Below are positions 34,060 through 43,703 of a stretch of 64,000 nucleotides of DNA, piece by piece (position 1 is the first letter of the stretch; each line of letters opens with the position of its first letter). The notes under the pieces were generated by a model. It searched no databases and was not told the origin of the DNA. It worked only from the letters and a program-made list of their open reading frames with translations. A program made the position numbers and the translations under genes. The DNA comes from Chloroflexota bacterium (GTDB lineage: Bacteria > Chloroflexota > Anaerolineae > Anaerolineales > UBA11579): assembly GCA_016191875.1 (NCBI GenBank), contig JACPVG010000003.1:100683-164682 (forward strand). The letters are read 5' to 3'.

Positions 34060-35535
34060 CTACTCCTTGAACCCCGCCTGGGCCAGGTTCGCGGCCAGGG
34101 TCTCCAGCGCGCTGGGCACATCCTGGCGGAAATCGACGAAGTGGATGTTGGTGAGGTTGGGCGGCAGGTCGACGGTCTTGTACATCACCGGGAAGACCGG
34201 TTTGCCGGATCCCTGGGCGGCGGCCACTTCCTGCATCACGTAGCGCGAGGCCATCGAGCGCGGGCTGAGCACCACCAGCAGCGCGTCGGTCTGGCTCAGG
34301 CCAACCTTCATTTCCTCGGTCCAGTCCTCGCCGGCGATGATCTCCTTCTGGTCGATCCAGATGTGGATGCCCTTGTCCATCAGGCCGCGCGCCAGCGGCA
34401 CGGCGAAACGCTCGTCGCGGTGCGAGTAGGACATGAAGATGAAACGCTGGCCGTGGCGCGGCGGGCTGGCGGCCAGGGCGGCCATCAGGGCGCGCTTCTG
34501 CTCACGGAAGCGCAGTTGCCGCACGGTGAGCGCGACGCTGGAACCGCCCGTCACCAGCCCCAGCGCCAGCAAGGGAATCCAATAGCGGCTCACCAGGTAA
34601 CGGCCGGTGATGGCGGCATCCACCGCCACCTCGATGTCGCTCTCGTAGGTCTTGCTGCGCGTCTCGGTCTCCCCGCCCACGTCCAGCACCGCCGAGATGG
34701 TCAGGGTCAGTTGGTGCCGGCCGGGTCGCAGGGCGGTCACCTCCCACGCCCATTCCGTGACCTCGCCGGCCGCCACCACCTGGCGCGGGTTGGCCCGCAG
34801 CGGCCGGATGCGGAACGCCTCGGCCGGGCCGGTCAGTTCGGCTTCCATGAACAGCGAAGTGGAGATGGTGACGGCCTCCAGGTCTTCCACCGGCGCGCCC
34901 AGTTCGACCGCCAGGGTGGCGTCTGCCTCGGGGGCGGTCTGGCCCAGCAGCGGGACGAGGCCCACGGTCAGCAGGGTGGTCTCGCCCACCGCCAAGCGTT
35001 CGGGCGGGTCGTAGGCCAGCCGGCCGCTGGTCAGTTGTTCGTCTATTTCGCGCAGGCGGGTCTCCAGCAGCGCGGCGGCGTCCGGCGTAGGGGCGGCTTC
35101 CTCCCCGCCGCCGCCCGTCACTGGAATCAGGTCCATGGGCACCGCGGTGGGGGTCTCAAAACCGCCCGGCCCGCCGGTGTGCGGCAGGGCGGTGGTGGTT
35201 GGCGCGCCGGGCGAGGCGAGGATGGGGCCGATGGGGGTGACGCCGGGACCGGCGGCCGTGGGGGAGGACAGGACGAAGAAGGCGGAGGTGGCCGTGGGCG
35301 GGTCGGTGGGCAGCGACTGGGGCGGGGGCAGCGTGGGGCTGGCGGGCGGGGGCGACGCCTTCCGGGTGGGGGTGGGCTCCGGGCGGGTCGGGGTCGCCCC
35401 TGCCGCGGCGAAGGTGACGGGCGGCGGCGTGTTGGTGCGGCGGGCGGCGGGCTCCTTCGTGGGATTGGCCCGCGCGCCGCAGCTCGCCAGCAGGGGCAGA
35501 GCCAGGCATATCAGCCAGATTGGTCTTCTCCTCAT
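34060..35535 (-). CDS. Membrane-anchored TIR-domain protein (lipoprotein signal, Pro/Thr-rich linker, extracytoplasmic domain, single TM, cytoplasmic TIR)
   Basis: 491 aa. LLASC lipobox. TM YWIPLLALGLVTGGSSVALTV. C-terminal FIFMSYSHRDERFA...GIHIWIDQKEIIAGEDW...ALLVVLSPRSMASRYVMQEVAAA fits the TIR_2 pattern. Confidence 0.75.
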   Translation of the reverse strand: MRRRPIWLICLALPLLASCGARANPTKEPAARRTNTPPPVTFAAAGATPTRPEPTPTRKASPPPASPTLPPPQSLPTDPPTATSAFFVLSSPTAAGPGVTPIGPILASPGAPTTTALPHTGGPGGFETPTAVPMDLIPVTGGGGEEAAPTPDAAALLETRLREIDEQLTSGRLAYDPPERLAVGETTLLTVGLVPLLGQTAPEADATLAVELGAPVEDLEAVTISTSLFMEAELTGPAEAFRIRPLRANPRQVVAAGEVTEWAWEVTALRPGRHQLTLTISAVLDVGGETETRSKTYESDIEVAVDAAITGRYLVSRYWIPLLALGLVTGGSSVALTVRQLRFREQKRALMAALAASPPRHGQRFIFMSYSHRDERFAVPLARGLMDKGIHIWIDQKEIIAGEDWTEEMKVGLSQTDALLVVLSPRSMASRYVMQEVAAAQGSGKPVFPVMYKTVDLPPNLTNIHFVDFRQDVPSALETLAANLAQAGFKE

Positions 35536-35557
35536 GCCCTCATTGTATCCCCGTCCG

Positions 35558-35594
35558 CCCCAAAAAGAAAACGCCCCCGGCGAAGGCGGGCCGG
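35558..35594 (-). terminator. Candidate dnaA terminator
   Basis: Minus strand: short GC hairpin (CCGGC/GCCGG, or the bulged CCCGCC...GGGGG), then TTTTCTTTTT. Confidence 0.35.
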
Positions 35595-35621
35595 AGGCGG
35601 AGAAAGCGGGAGACAGGTGCG

Positions 35622-36989
35622 TTACCAGGAGGGCTGGGTCTGGGCGGCCACTTTGCCGTAGATCAGGTCGCGCACGTCCACCACCTGGCGGCGGAAGCGG
35701 TCGTCCTGTTCCAGCATGTCGGCCACCTTGTCGCAGCCGTACATCACGGTGGTGTGGTCGCGCCCGCCCAGCACCTCGCCGATCTGCGGCAGGCTGATCT
35801 GGGCTTCCTCGCGCAGCAGGTACATCGCCACCTGGCGCGGCAGGGCGATCTGGCGGGCCCGGTTGCGCTCGCGCAGTTCCGTCACGCTCACGCCGAACAC
35901 CTGCGCCACGGCTTCCACCACGCGCTCCGGGTCGAGTTCCCGGCGCTGGGGCAGCATGTCCGCCAGGGCGGTCTCCACCAGCGGGATGGAAAGCGGCATG
36001 CCGCGCAGTTCGGCGTAGGCCAGGATGCGGTTGAGCGCGCCTTCCAGTTCACGGATATTGGACTGCATGCGCTGGGCGATGGTCTCGAGGATCTCGGGCG
36101 GCACGGAGCGGCCGCTGCGCTCGCATTTGCCGCGCAGGATCGCCTGGCGGGTCTCCAGGTCGGGCGGCTGGATGTCGGCCGTCAGGCCCCATTCGAAACG
36201 CGAGCGCAGGCGTTCTTCCAGCGTGTTCATCGCCTTGGGCGGCCGGTCGGACGAGATGACGATCTGCTTGTTCTGGCCGTGCAGGGTGTTGAAGGTGTGG
36301 AAGAACTCTTCCTGGGTCGATTCCTTGCCGGCGATGAACTGGATATCGTCGATGAGCAGCACGTCGATGCGGCGGTACTTCTCGCGGAAAGCCTGGGTCT
36401 TGTGGCTGCGGATGGCGTTGATGAGGTCGTTGGTGAACTCCTCGGAGGAGACGTACAGCACCTGCAGGCCCTTGCCGATGGAGGCGTTGCCGATGGCGTG
36501 CAGCAGGTGGGTCTTGCCCAGGCCCACGCCGCCATACAGGAACAGCGGGTTGTAGGCGCGCGCCGGGCTTTCGGCCACGGCCAGCGAAGCCGCGTGCGCC
36601 AGGCGGTTGCTGGCGCCCACCACGAAATTCTCAAAGGTGTAGCGCGGGTTGAGCGTGTTGCTGGTGATCGCCAGCGGCAGGCCGTCGTCTTCCGGGTCGG
36701 CGAGCGGTTCGGCGGCCGGCGGCAGGGCGGCGCTGTGGCCGTTCTCCTGAGCGACTGCGAAGGCCACATCCACCGTCTGGTTGAGGATGCCGGTGAGATG
36801 GCGGGCGACGGTGCTGGCGAGGCGGCTTTCCAGCCAGTCGCGGGCGTAGGCGTTCTTCACGCCCACCTGATAGACGCCGCCTTCGAAGGTCAGGAAATGG
36901 GTCTCCCGCACCCAGGTATCGAAGGTGGCTTTCGCCATCTCCATTTGGAGTTGGCCGAGAACGGCCTGCCAGGCTTGCTTGGGGTCCAT
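35622..36989 (-). CDS. dnaA: Chromosomal replication initiator protein DnaA
   Basis: Starts MDPKQAWQAVLGQL after GAGGAGGAG. Walker A GGVGLGKTHLL. LLIDDIQF. C-terminal DNA-binding LPQIGEVLGGRDHTTVMY. Confidence 0.92.
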   Translation of the reverse strand: MDPKQAWQAVLGQLQMEMAKATFDTWVRETHFLTFEGGVYQVGVKNAYARDWLESRLASTVARHLTGILNQTVDVAFAVAQENGHSAALPPAAEPLADPEDDGLPLAITSNTLNPRYTFENFVVGASNRLAHAASLAVAESPARAYNPLFLYGGVGLGKTHLLHAIGNASIGKGLQVLYVSSEEFTNDLINAIRSHKTQAFREKYRRIDVLLIDDIQFIAGKESTQEEFFHTFNTLHGQNKQIVISSDRPPKAMNTLEERLRSRFEWGLTADIQPPDLETRQAILRGKCERSGRSVPPEILETIAQRMQSNIRELEGALNRILAYAELRGMPLSIPLVETALADMLPQRRELDPERVVEAVAQVFGVSVTELRERNRARQIALPRQVAMYLLREEAQISLPQIGEVLGGRDHTTVMYGCDKVADMLEQDDRFRRQVVDVRDLIYGKVAAQTQPSW

Positions 36990-37583
36990 AACGCGCTCCT
37001 CCTCAAGAAATCGCGCCGTGCAACGGGAAATTGCAGCATCAAGTAAACCGGACGCGCGCCTCACGCGTTGGCGAGTAAAAGGTGGATGCCGAATTGTGGT
37101 CTTCTGGCGGATAATTCGGGAAGGGCTCCCGAATGACCAGCGCTGCACGGAAAATTGCTTGGGATGGCATTGTAGCAGATGGAGAGTGAAACAGCAATAC
37201 GCCAACCCTACGCCAGCCTAAAAAAATCGTAATCTTTAAGATTGGGAAATGTTAAAGAATTTTCCGCGCGTCCCGCTTGGGCGCTTCACGCCAAATCCCC
37301 CCCGGTCGCCTTCCAGCGGTAGGGGGTTAGAGTTATCCACAGGCTATATATGGGGGGTGAGTCCACCAGTAGGCCGCCAAGTACCATTTGTGGGGGGCTT
37401 ATCTTAAAGAAACGCGCCGCACGCCCGCCGCCATTAATATCCGTCTCATCCTGCAAATGATTCGCTTCCCGGCCTGTTTGCACTTCCGCTTCCCCGCGCC
37501 GAGGCTTGAAATGCATGCGCACCCGGCGCGGCGCGGCCGCCCGCGACGGTATAATCAGGGCATCCCTCGCCCCTGGAGCCTGC
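36990..37583. other. Candidate oriC / dnaA control region (594-bp divergent spacer)
   Basis: One perfect DnaA box. Degenerate boxes at 37081, 37094, 37359 and 37387. AT-rich block at 37219-37264. Confidence 0.35.
37333..37341 (+). promoter_or_regulatory. Perfect consensus DnaA box TTATCCACA
   Basis: Read directly. Lies 344 nt upstream of the dnaA start. Confidence 0.6.
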
Positions 37584-38486
37584 ATGCCCGACCCAACGCC
37601 CGCCGCGCCCAACGCCATCCAACGCTGGCAGCTCGCCATCCGGCCGCGCACCCTGCCCGCCGCCGCCGCGCCGGTGCTGGTGGGCGCGGCGCTGGCCTAT
37701 TCCCAGGGCGGCTTCCGGCCGCTGGCGGCGCTGGCCGCCCTGTTGGGCGCGCTGCTCATCCAGATCGGCACCAACCTGGTGAACGACGTCGCCGATTTCG
37801 CCCGCGGCACGGACAACGAAACCCGCCTCGGCCCGACGCGCGTGACCCAGGCCGGGCTGCTCACGCCGCGCCAGGTGTGGGCCGGGGCAGCAACAGCCTT
37901 CGGGCTGGCGGCGCTGGCGGGCGTGTACCTCATCCGCGTGGGCGGCTGGCCGCTGCTGGTCATCGGTCTGCTGTCCATCCTGGCGGGTGTGGCCTATACC
38001 GCCGGGCCGTTCCCGCTGGCCTACAACGGCCTGGGCGACGTATTCGTGTTCATCTTCTTCGGGCTGGTGGCGGTGGGCGGCACAACCTACGTTTCCGGCG
38101 GGTCGCTGGGCCCCGCGGTCTGGCTGGCAGGGGCAGCCGTGGGCGCGCTGGTGGTCAACATCCTGGCCGTCAACAACATCCGCGACATCGCGAGCGACCG
38201 GGCCGCCGGGCGCACCAACCTCGCGGTGCGTTTCGGCCGCCGCGCCGCCGAGTGGGAATACGCCGCCATGCTGGCGCTGGCCTTCGCCGCGCCCCTGGTG
38301 ATGGCGGCGGCCGGGCAGACCGGCCCATGGGTGCTGGCCTGCTTCCTCGCCCTGCCCCAGGCGCTCGGCCTGCACCAGACGCTGCGCGGCGGCCTGGCCG
38401 GGCCGGGCCTCAACGCCGTGCTGGGGCAGACCGCCCAGCTCGCCCTGCGCTACAGCCTGCTGCTGGCGCTCGGAATCACTCTTTGA
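37584..38486 (+). CDS. menA: 1,4-dihydroxy-2-naphthoate polyprenyltransferase (UbiA superfamily)
   Basis: ATG 37584 follows GGAG. NDVADFARGTDNETRLGPTRV (MenA-type Asp-rich motif). NNIRDIASD. 8-9 TM. Confidence 0.8.
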   Translation: MPDPTPAAPNAIQRWQLAIRPRTLPAAAAPVLVGAALAYSQGGFRPLAALAALLGALLIQIGTNLVNDVADFARGTDNETRLGPTRVTQAGLLTPRQVWAGAATAFGLAALAGVYLIRVGGWPLLVIGLLSILAGVAYTAGPFPLAYNGLGDVFVFIFFGLVAVGGTTYVSGGSLGPAVWLAGAAVGALVVNILAVNNIRDIASDRAAGRTNLAVRFGRRAAEWEYAAMLALAFAAPLVMAAAGQTGPWVLACFLALPQALGLHQTLRGGLAGPGLNAVLGQTAQLALRYSLLLALGITL

Positions 38487-38542
38487 CCTCATTCCCGTTG
38501 TCCCCCCTTGCCGCCTTCCTCTCCTTCCTCCGGACGTGACGA

Positions 38543-39823
38543 ATGCCTGACCTCACCATCTCTCTGCTGCCCGAACTGCGCGCCACGCGCCTGCCCGACC
38601 TGCCGCTGCCCGATGACCTGCAGGCCCCGGCCTACGGCGGCCATTCGATTCTGAACCTGCCCGGCACGGTGGCGCGGGCGCTGGGCGCCGGCGCGTTTGG
38701 CGCCGCGCCGCTGGCCGTGCCCGGCCTAGACGACCTGGCCGGCGGGGCGAAGCGCGTCATCCTGCTGCTGATGGACTCGCTGGCCCTGCACCGCTTCCAG
38801 GCCTGGCTGCCGGATAACCCTTTCTGGGCGCGCCTCCTGCAGGACGGCCTGTTGGCTCCACTGACCTCCATATCGCCCAGCACCACCAGCGCGGCGCTCA
38901 CCGCCCTGTGGAGCGGCGCGCCCGCCGCCCGGCACGGCGTGACCGGTTACGAGATGTGGCTGCGCGAATACACGCTGGTCGCCAATATGATCTCGCATTA
39001 CCCGATCGCCTACCAGAAAGGCGGCGGCGACCTGACCCACGCCGGGTTCGAGCCGCTCGAATTCCTGAGCCTGCCGACCCTGGACGGCCACCTGGCCGGG
39101 CACGGCATCCCGACCTACGTGTTCCAGCACTTTGCCATCATCCATTCCAACCTGTCGCGTATGCTCTCGCGCCAGGCCGAACGCCGCGCCATCGCCTCGG
39201 CCGCCGACCTGTGCATCAGCCTGCGCGACCTGCTGGAAAGCCAGCCCGGCGCGCCGCTGTACGCCTGGGTCTACTGGAGCGAGGTCGACCACCTCTCGCA
39301 CCGCCACGGCCCGGACGATGCCCGCCCGCGCGCCGAGTTCGCCCACTTCACCCACGCCTTTGAACGCTTCTTCTTCAACGACCTCAGCCCGGCGGCGCGC
39401 AAGGATACGCTCTTCCTGCTGGCGGCCGACCATGGCGGCATCACCGTCCCCAACGGCGACCCGCACTACATGCTGAGCAGCCACCCCAACCTGGCGCGCC
39501 GGGTGCTGGTGTGGGCGGGCGAGAACCGCCTGCCGTTCCTGTACGTGCGTCCGGGCCAGCTGGAGGCGGTGCGCGAGTACATCGAGAAGACCTGGCGCAA
39601 CCAGTTCGTGGTGCTGGAATCGGCCAATGCGCTGCACGCCGGGCTGTTCGGCCCGCCGCCGTTCCACGAGGAGATCCTCAACCGCATCGGCGACCTGGTG
39701 CTGCTGCCCCGCAACGACGCGTTCCTGTGGTGGCACAACCGCGAAGACTGGCTGGTGGGGCGGCACGGCGGCCTGCACCCTGAGGAGATGCTGGTGCCGC
39801 TGCTGGCGGCGCGGCTGGGGTGA
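38543..39823 (+). CDS. Alkaline-phosphatase-superfamily protein (nucleotide pyrophosphatase/phosphodiesterase-like)
   Basis: RVILLLMDSLALHRF. SPSTTSAALTALWSG (nucleophile Thr/Ser region). WSEVDHLSHRHG. LLAADHGG. Confidence 0.75.
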   Translation: MPDLTISLLPELRATRLPDLPLPDDLQAPAYGGHSILNLPGTVARALGAGAFGAAPLAVPGLDDLAGGAKRVILLLMDSLALHRFQAWLPDNPFWARLLQDGLLAPLTSISPSTTSAALTALWSGAPAARHGVTGYEMWLREYTLVANMISHYPIAYQKGGGDLTHAGFEPLEFLSLPTLDGHLAGHGIPTYVFQHFAIIHSNLSRMLSRQAERRAIASAADLCISLRDLLESQPGAPLYAWVYWSEVDHLSHRHGPDDARPRAEFAHFTHAFERFFFNDLSPAARKDTLFLLAADHGGITVPNGDPHYMLSSHPNLARRVLVWAGENRLPFLYVRPGQLEAVREYIEKTWRNQFVVLESANALHAGLFGPPPFHEEILNRIGDLVLLPRNDAFLWWHNREDWLVGRHGGLHPEEMLVPLLAARLG

Positions 39824-39923
39824 TATCAAAAGCCTTCAAACCACAGATAACACAGATATCCACGGATGGAGATGGACCTGCCATTCGGGATTCTGCCGGG
39901 GCCTTGCAATCCGTAGTAACCGG

Positions 39924-39951
39924 GTAGGGGCGCAGCATGCTGCGCCCCTGC
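39924..39951. repeat. REP-like hairpin, GTAGGGGCG family
   Basis: GTAGGGGCGCAGCATGCTGCGCCCCTGC, identical to 28451-28478. Confidence 0.8.
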
Positions 39952-40020
39952 TTCAGTGTCTGGAAGGTTCGCTCCCGAAGGCTCTCTTTGCGCACTCTGC
40001 GCTATTTGGGTGAGACTGAT

Positions 40021-41322
40021 TCACCCCGCCCTGCGCGGCCGCGCCCAGACCGCCAGCGCCAGCCCGGCCGCCACGCGCATAGCCGCCCCGGCCAGCACCG
40101 CCCCGCGCAGCCCCAGGAACTGGCCGATGAACGGCCCCAGGAACGAACCGCCCAGAATGCCCAGGTTGAGGAACAGGTTGTGCAGCGCCATGTAGGCCGG
40201 GCGGTCTTCGTCCGGCGTGCGGTCCATCAGGGCGCTCACCATCTGGCCGTTGGCGACGCCCCACACCAGCCCGCCCAATAACGAAGCCACGATGACCATG
40301 CCCGGCCCGTAGGCCAGGCCCATGAACAGCGGATAGGCGCAGTACAGCACGCCGCTCACAGCGAGGATGCGGTGGGCATTGGCGCGCTGGTTGAGCCAGC
40401 CCAGGGCCATCGAACTCGCCATCATCGCCACGTGGAAGATGGCGTAGCCCAGGCTGATAACGCCATCGGTGAGGTCGAGCGTCTCCACGAAATACACCGG
40501 GAAGATGGGCACCGAGATGTACTGGAAGGTGTAGAAGATGAGGAACGAGAAGATGAACGGCCCGAAGGACGTCCTGAGCAGGTCCAGCCGCAGCAGGGTC
40601 TGGCCGCTCTGGCGTAGCAGGTAGCGCAGGCCGGTGGGCGAGCGCACCGCGTCGCCGATCATCAGCCAGCCCTGGCGGGCGAAGTCGCGGAAGGGCCGCC
40701 CCAGCCGCTGGGTGACCTCCCCGGCCGGGCGCAGCCGCCACAGATGGTAGGTGCTGAACGTCGCGCCCAGCGTCCCGATGCCGAAGACGACCTGGTAGTT
40801 GGCCGGGAAGGGCAGCGTATCCAGCAGCCAGCCGCAGCCGAGCGTGCCGAGCGTGATGCTCAGGCTGAGCAGGGCGTTGCGCCGCCCGACAACGTGCGGC
40901 CGCCAGTGGGCGGCCACCAGATCGGCGAACATGGCGTTGAACGAAATGGAAATGACTGTGCCGGGCAGCGAGAAGACCAGCATCAGGCCGAGGGCGGCCC
41001 ACACCTGGCCGGGCGCGCCCAGCAGCCACGGCAGCGGGACGAGCAGCAGAAAGCCCAGGCGGTGGACCAGGGCGGTAAGCCGGGTGAGGCGCACCATATC
41101 CTGGCCGCGCATGAAGCGCCCGGCCAGCATGGAGAGGATAATGCTGACGACCGCCGGCCCGGCGGTGAGCAGGCCGACCTCGAACGGGTTGGCGTGCAGG
41201 CGCGCCAGAAACACCGGCAGGAAGGCCAGCGTGCTGCCTGACAGCACGCCCCAGTAGAAGATATCCCAATAGAGATGGTGAAAGTTGTGTTTTTGGAGAG
41301 GGGTTAGGGTCGATGTCTGCAT
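40021..41322 (-). CDS. MFS transporter
   Basis: 433 aa, 12 TM. LSMLAGRFMRGQD motif-A-like loop. Confidence 0.8.
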   Translation of the reverse strand: MQTSTLTPLQKHNFHHLYWDIFYWGVLSGSTLAFLPVFLARLHANPFEVGLLTAGPAVVSIILSMLAGRFMRGQDMVRLTRLTALVHRLGFLLLVPLPWLLGAPGQVWAALGLMLVFSLPGTVISISFNAMFADLVAAHWRPHVVGRRNALLSLSITLGTLGCGWLLDTLPFPANYQVVFGIGTLGATFSTYHLWRLRPAGEVTQRLGRPFRDFARQGWLMIGDAVRSPTGLRYLLRQSGQTLLRLDLLRTSFGPFIFSFLIFYTFQYISVPIFPVYFVETLDLTDGVISLGYAIFHVAMMASSMALGWLNQRANAHRILAVSGVLYCAYPLFMGLAYGPGMVIVASLLGGLVWGVANGQMVSALMDRTPDEDRPAYMALHNLFLNLGILGGSFLGPFIGQFLGLRGAVLAGAAMRVAAGLALAVWARPRRAG

Positions 41323-41444
41323 GGCGATTTCGACCCTGTTTGTAATCGGTTACGCCGGTGCGGTCAAGGAAACGGGGAATTTATGGGAGGCAGAATCGTT
41401 GAGGGGAATGCCCGGCAAGAGATTGGTCTTTCAAGGGCCTGTTC

Positions 41445-43703
41445 TTACATTCCTGCCTGGCTCGTGGCGCTCAGCTCATTGGCCTCGCGAACAAGCGGCA
41501 GGAATCGCTCTACAACCTGTGGGTCAAAGTGCTTTCCCGCCTGCCCTTCGATGTGGGCCAGCGCGTCTGCGCGGGACAGCGCCTGGCGGTAGGGGCGGTC
41601 ACTGGTCAGCGCGTCCCACACATCGACGACGGAAAAGATGCGTGCGCTGAACGGGATCTGCTCGCCTTCTAAGCCGAACGGGTAGCCGGAGCCGTCCCAT
41701 TTCTCATGGTGGGCATAGGGGATTTCCAACGCGGGACGCAGGTAGCGGATGGAGTTGAGCATCTCAAAGGCGAAAACGGGATGCCTGCGCATGATGACCC
41801 ACTCCTCGTCGGTGAGCGGCCCTTCCTTCAGGAGAATGTCGTCGGGAATGCCCATCTTGCCGATGTCATGCAGCAGCGCCCCGCGGCGGATGTGCACAAG
41901 GGCTCCCCCTTCCAGGCCCATGGCGCGCGCCAGTTTCAGAGTCAGTTCCGTAACGCGCCGGGTATGGCCTTCTGTTTCCCGGTCGCGCAGGTCCAGGGCG
42001 TGAGACCAGCCCTCGATGGTTGAGTCGTAGGCTTCGAACAGTTCGGCATGGCTTCTCAGGAGGTCGTCGAACAGGCTGGAATTCTCGATGGCGATGGCGG
42101 TCTGGCCGCTCAACGCCTCCAGGAAATCGAGCCATTCCCGTTCCGGGTCCAGCAACGTGCGATGGAAGACCTCCAGCACTCCGCGCACCTCATCGGCCAC
42201 GATGAGCGGCGCAGCGAAGTAACTGACGAATCCTTCCTTCTGCAGGGCGGGCGCCTGGATGAGGGATTTCGGATCATTCACCAGGTCAGGCACATGCAGG
42301 ATGCGGCGCTCCTGGGCGGCGCGCCCGGCCATGCCTTCGCCCAACTTCAGGCCGGTGAATTTGAGCGTCTGCGTGGAAAAACCGCGGCCGGCGGCGAACT
42401 CGAATCGCTGGCTGGCTCGGTTAAAGATGAGAATCGCCGCGGCATCCACATCCAGCCGGTTGGTGATCTGTTCAAGGGCCACAGCCAGCATATCGGCCAG
42501 GTCGTGGTTGGCGGTGATGGCGATGTCGATGGCGCGCAGGGCTTGCAGGTTTTCCAGTCGCCGGCGGGCGTCTTTGTACAGGCGGGTGTTGATGAGCGCC
42601 AGGGCGGCCTGGTCGGCGATGCCGCGCAGTAGGAGCAGTTCATCCCCGCTGAATTCGCGGCGTTCGGCCAGCGAGATGGCATTGACGTAGCCGATGATTT
42701 CATCGTTGTAGCAGATGGTCGCCACCGCGATCGAGCGGCAGTTCAGGTCGCGGTAGACCTGCATGTCGATCGAACCCACTGTGGCGGGGATATCGGCTGC
42801 GGCGAACACATCGCCCAGTTGCCCGATGGCGGACTTGTACACGTCGAGCGGGTAGCGTGGGAAGAGCTGCAAGGCCGCTGCGGGCAGGCCGACCCCGGCC
42901 ACGGTGACCATCCGTTCCATGCCCGGCTCGTAGAGCGCCAGGGTGGATGCGGGCGTATCCAGGGCCTGGGTGATCTCTTCGCAGATGACCTCGAAGAGCG
43001 TCTCCAGGTCCATCTGGGCGTTCAGGCGTTCGGCCACCCGCAGCAGGGCATGGGCGCGCGCCGCTTCGCGCTGGCTTTCGGCTTCCTTCCGAATCAGTTC
43101 GGCCTGGCGGTCCTGCTCCAGCCGGTCGCGGTGGATGGTGATGACGAACAGCAGGATGGACGTCCCCAGCAGGAATGTGACCGGGCCAACCAGGACGTAG
43201 TCCAGGGCGACATCCGGGGCCAGCCATGGGAGCGCCAGCAGGGCGGCCAGGTCCAGCAGGACAAGGACGGCCAGTTGCGAAAGCGTGAGATACAGGCTGC
43301 CCAGCCAGAGCGGCAGGATGAGGAAGTCCATCAGGCCGCCCAGGATGCCGCGCGGTTCTGCCAGGCCGGCGGCGAACACCGCCGCCGACATCAGGACGAT
43401 GGATGCCATGGCTGTGGGGCGGGTGTGGCGCGTGCGGCTGAGGCGGTAAAGCAGCCCGAGGACGACCACCATCACCAGCGTGACACGCCAGCCCTGGTAG
43501 TTCTCCCAGTCCGCAAACGACAACGTCACCAGTTCGGCCGCGACGGCGACGACGATGGTGCCGAGCAGAAAGCCCGTCAGCAGGGCGGCCTGGCGGCGCT
43601 GGTCGGGCTGTTGGATTTCAGGGGAGGGCGCGACGAACCGGTCCCAGAGCCGCCGCTGGAACGACTTAACCGATTTGTTGGCAGGACCGCTGGGGGAGTT
43701 CAT
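41445..43703 (-). CDS. Membrane sensor with two GAF domains and a C-terminal HD-GYP domain (c-di-GMP phosphodiesterase type)
   Basis: 752 aa. About 6 N-terminal TM. HTRRVTEL, LLHDIGKMGIPDDILLK, HHEKWDGSGYP. Confidence 0.85.
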   Translation of the reverse strand: MNSPSGPANKSVKSFQRRLWDRFVAPSPEIQQPDQRRQAALLTGFLLGTIVVAVAAELVTLSFADWENYQGWRVTLVMVVVLGLLYRLSRTRHTRPTAMASIVLMSAAVFAAGLAEPRGILGGLMDFLILPLWLGSLYLTLSQLAVLVLLDLAALLALPWLAPDVALDYVLVGPVTFLLGTSILLFVITIHRDRLEQDRQAELIRKEAESQREAARAHALLRVAERLNAQMDLETLFEVICEEITQALDTPASTLALYEPGMERMVTVAGVGLPAAALQLFPRYPLDVYKSAIGQLGDVFAAADIPATVGSIDMQVYRDLNCRSIAVATICYNDEIIGYVNAISLAERREFSGDELLLLRGIADQAALALINTRLYKDARRRLENLQALRAIDIAITANHDLADMLAVALEQITNRLDVDAAAILIFNRASQRFEFAAGRGFSTQTLKFTGLKLGEGMAGRAAQERRILHVPDLVNDPKSLIQAPALQKEGFVSYFAAPLIVADEVRGVLEVFHRTLLDPEREWLDFLEALSGQTAIAIENSSLFDDLLRSHAELFEAYDSTIEGWSHALDLRDRETEGHTRRVTELTLKLARAMGLEGGALVHIRRGALLHDIGKMGIPDDILLKEGPLTDEEWVIMRRHPVFAFEMLNSIRYLRPALEIPYAHHEKWDGSGYPFGLEGEQIPFSARIFSVVDVWDALTSDRPYRQALSRADALAHIEGQAGKHFDPQVVERFLPLVREANELSATSQAGM

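Noticed and set aside
37081-37400. Multiple DnaA boxes expected of an origin
   Set aside because: Only one 9/9 box (37333-41) was found; the others match at 5-6 of 9 positions. The oriC call is therefore kept at low confidence.
39841-39869. CCACAGATAACACAGATATCCACGGATGG with CACAGATA repeated twice (antisense translation ...ICVICG...)
   Set aside because: It is single-copy in this window and short, with no structure beyond the 8-nt direct repeat. Probably a member of a dispersed intergenic word family, but this cannot be assessed from one copy.
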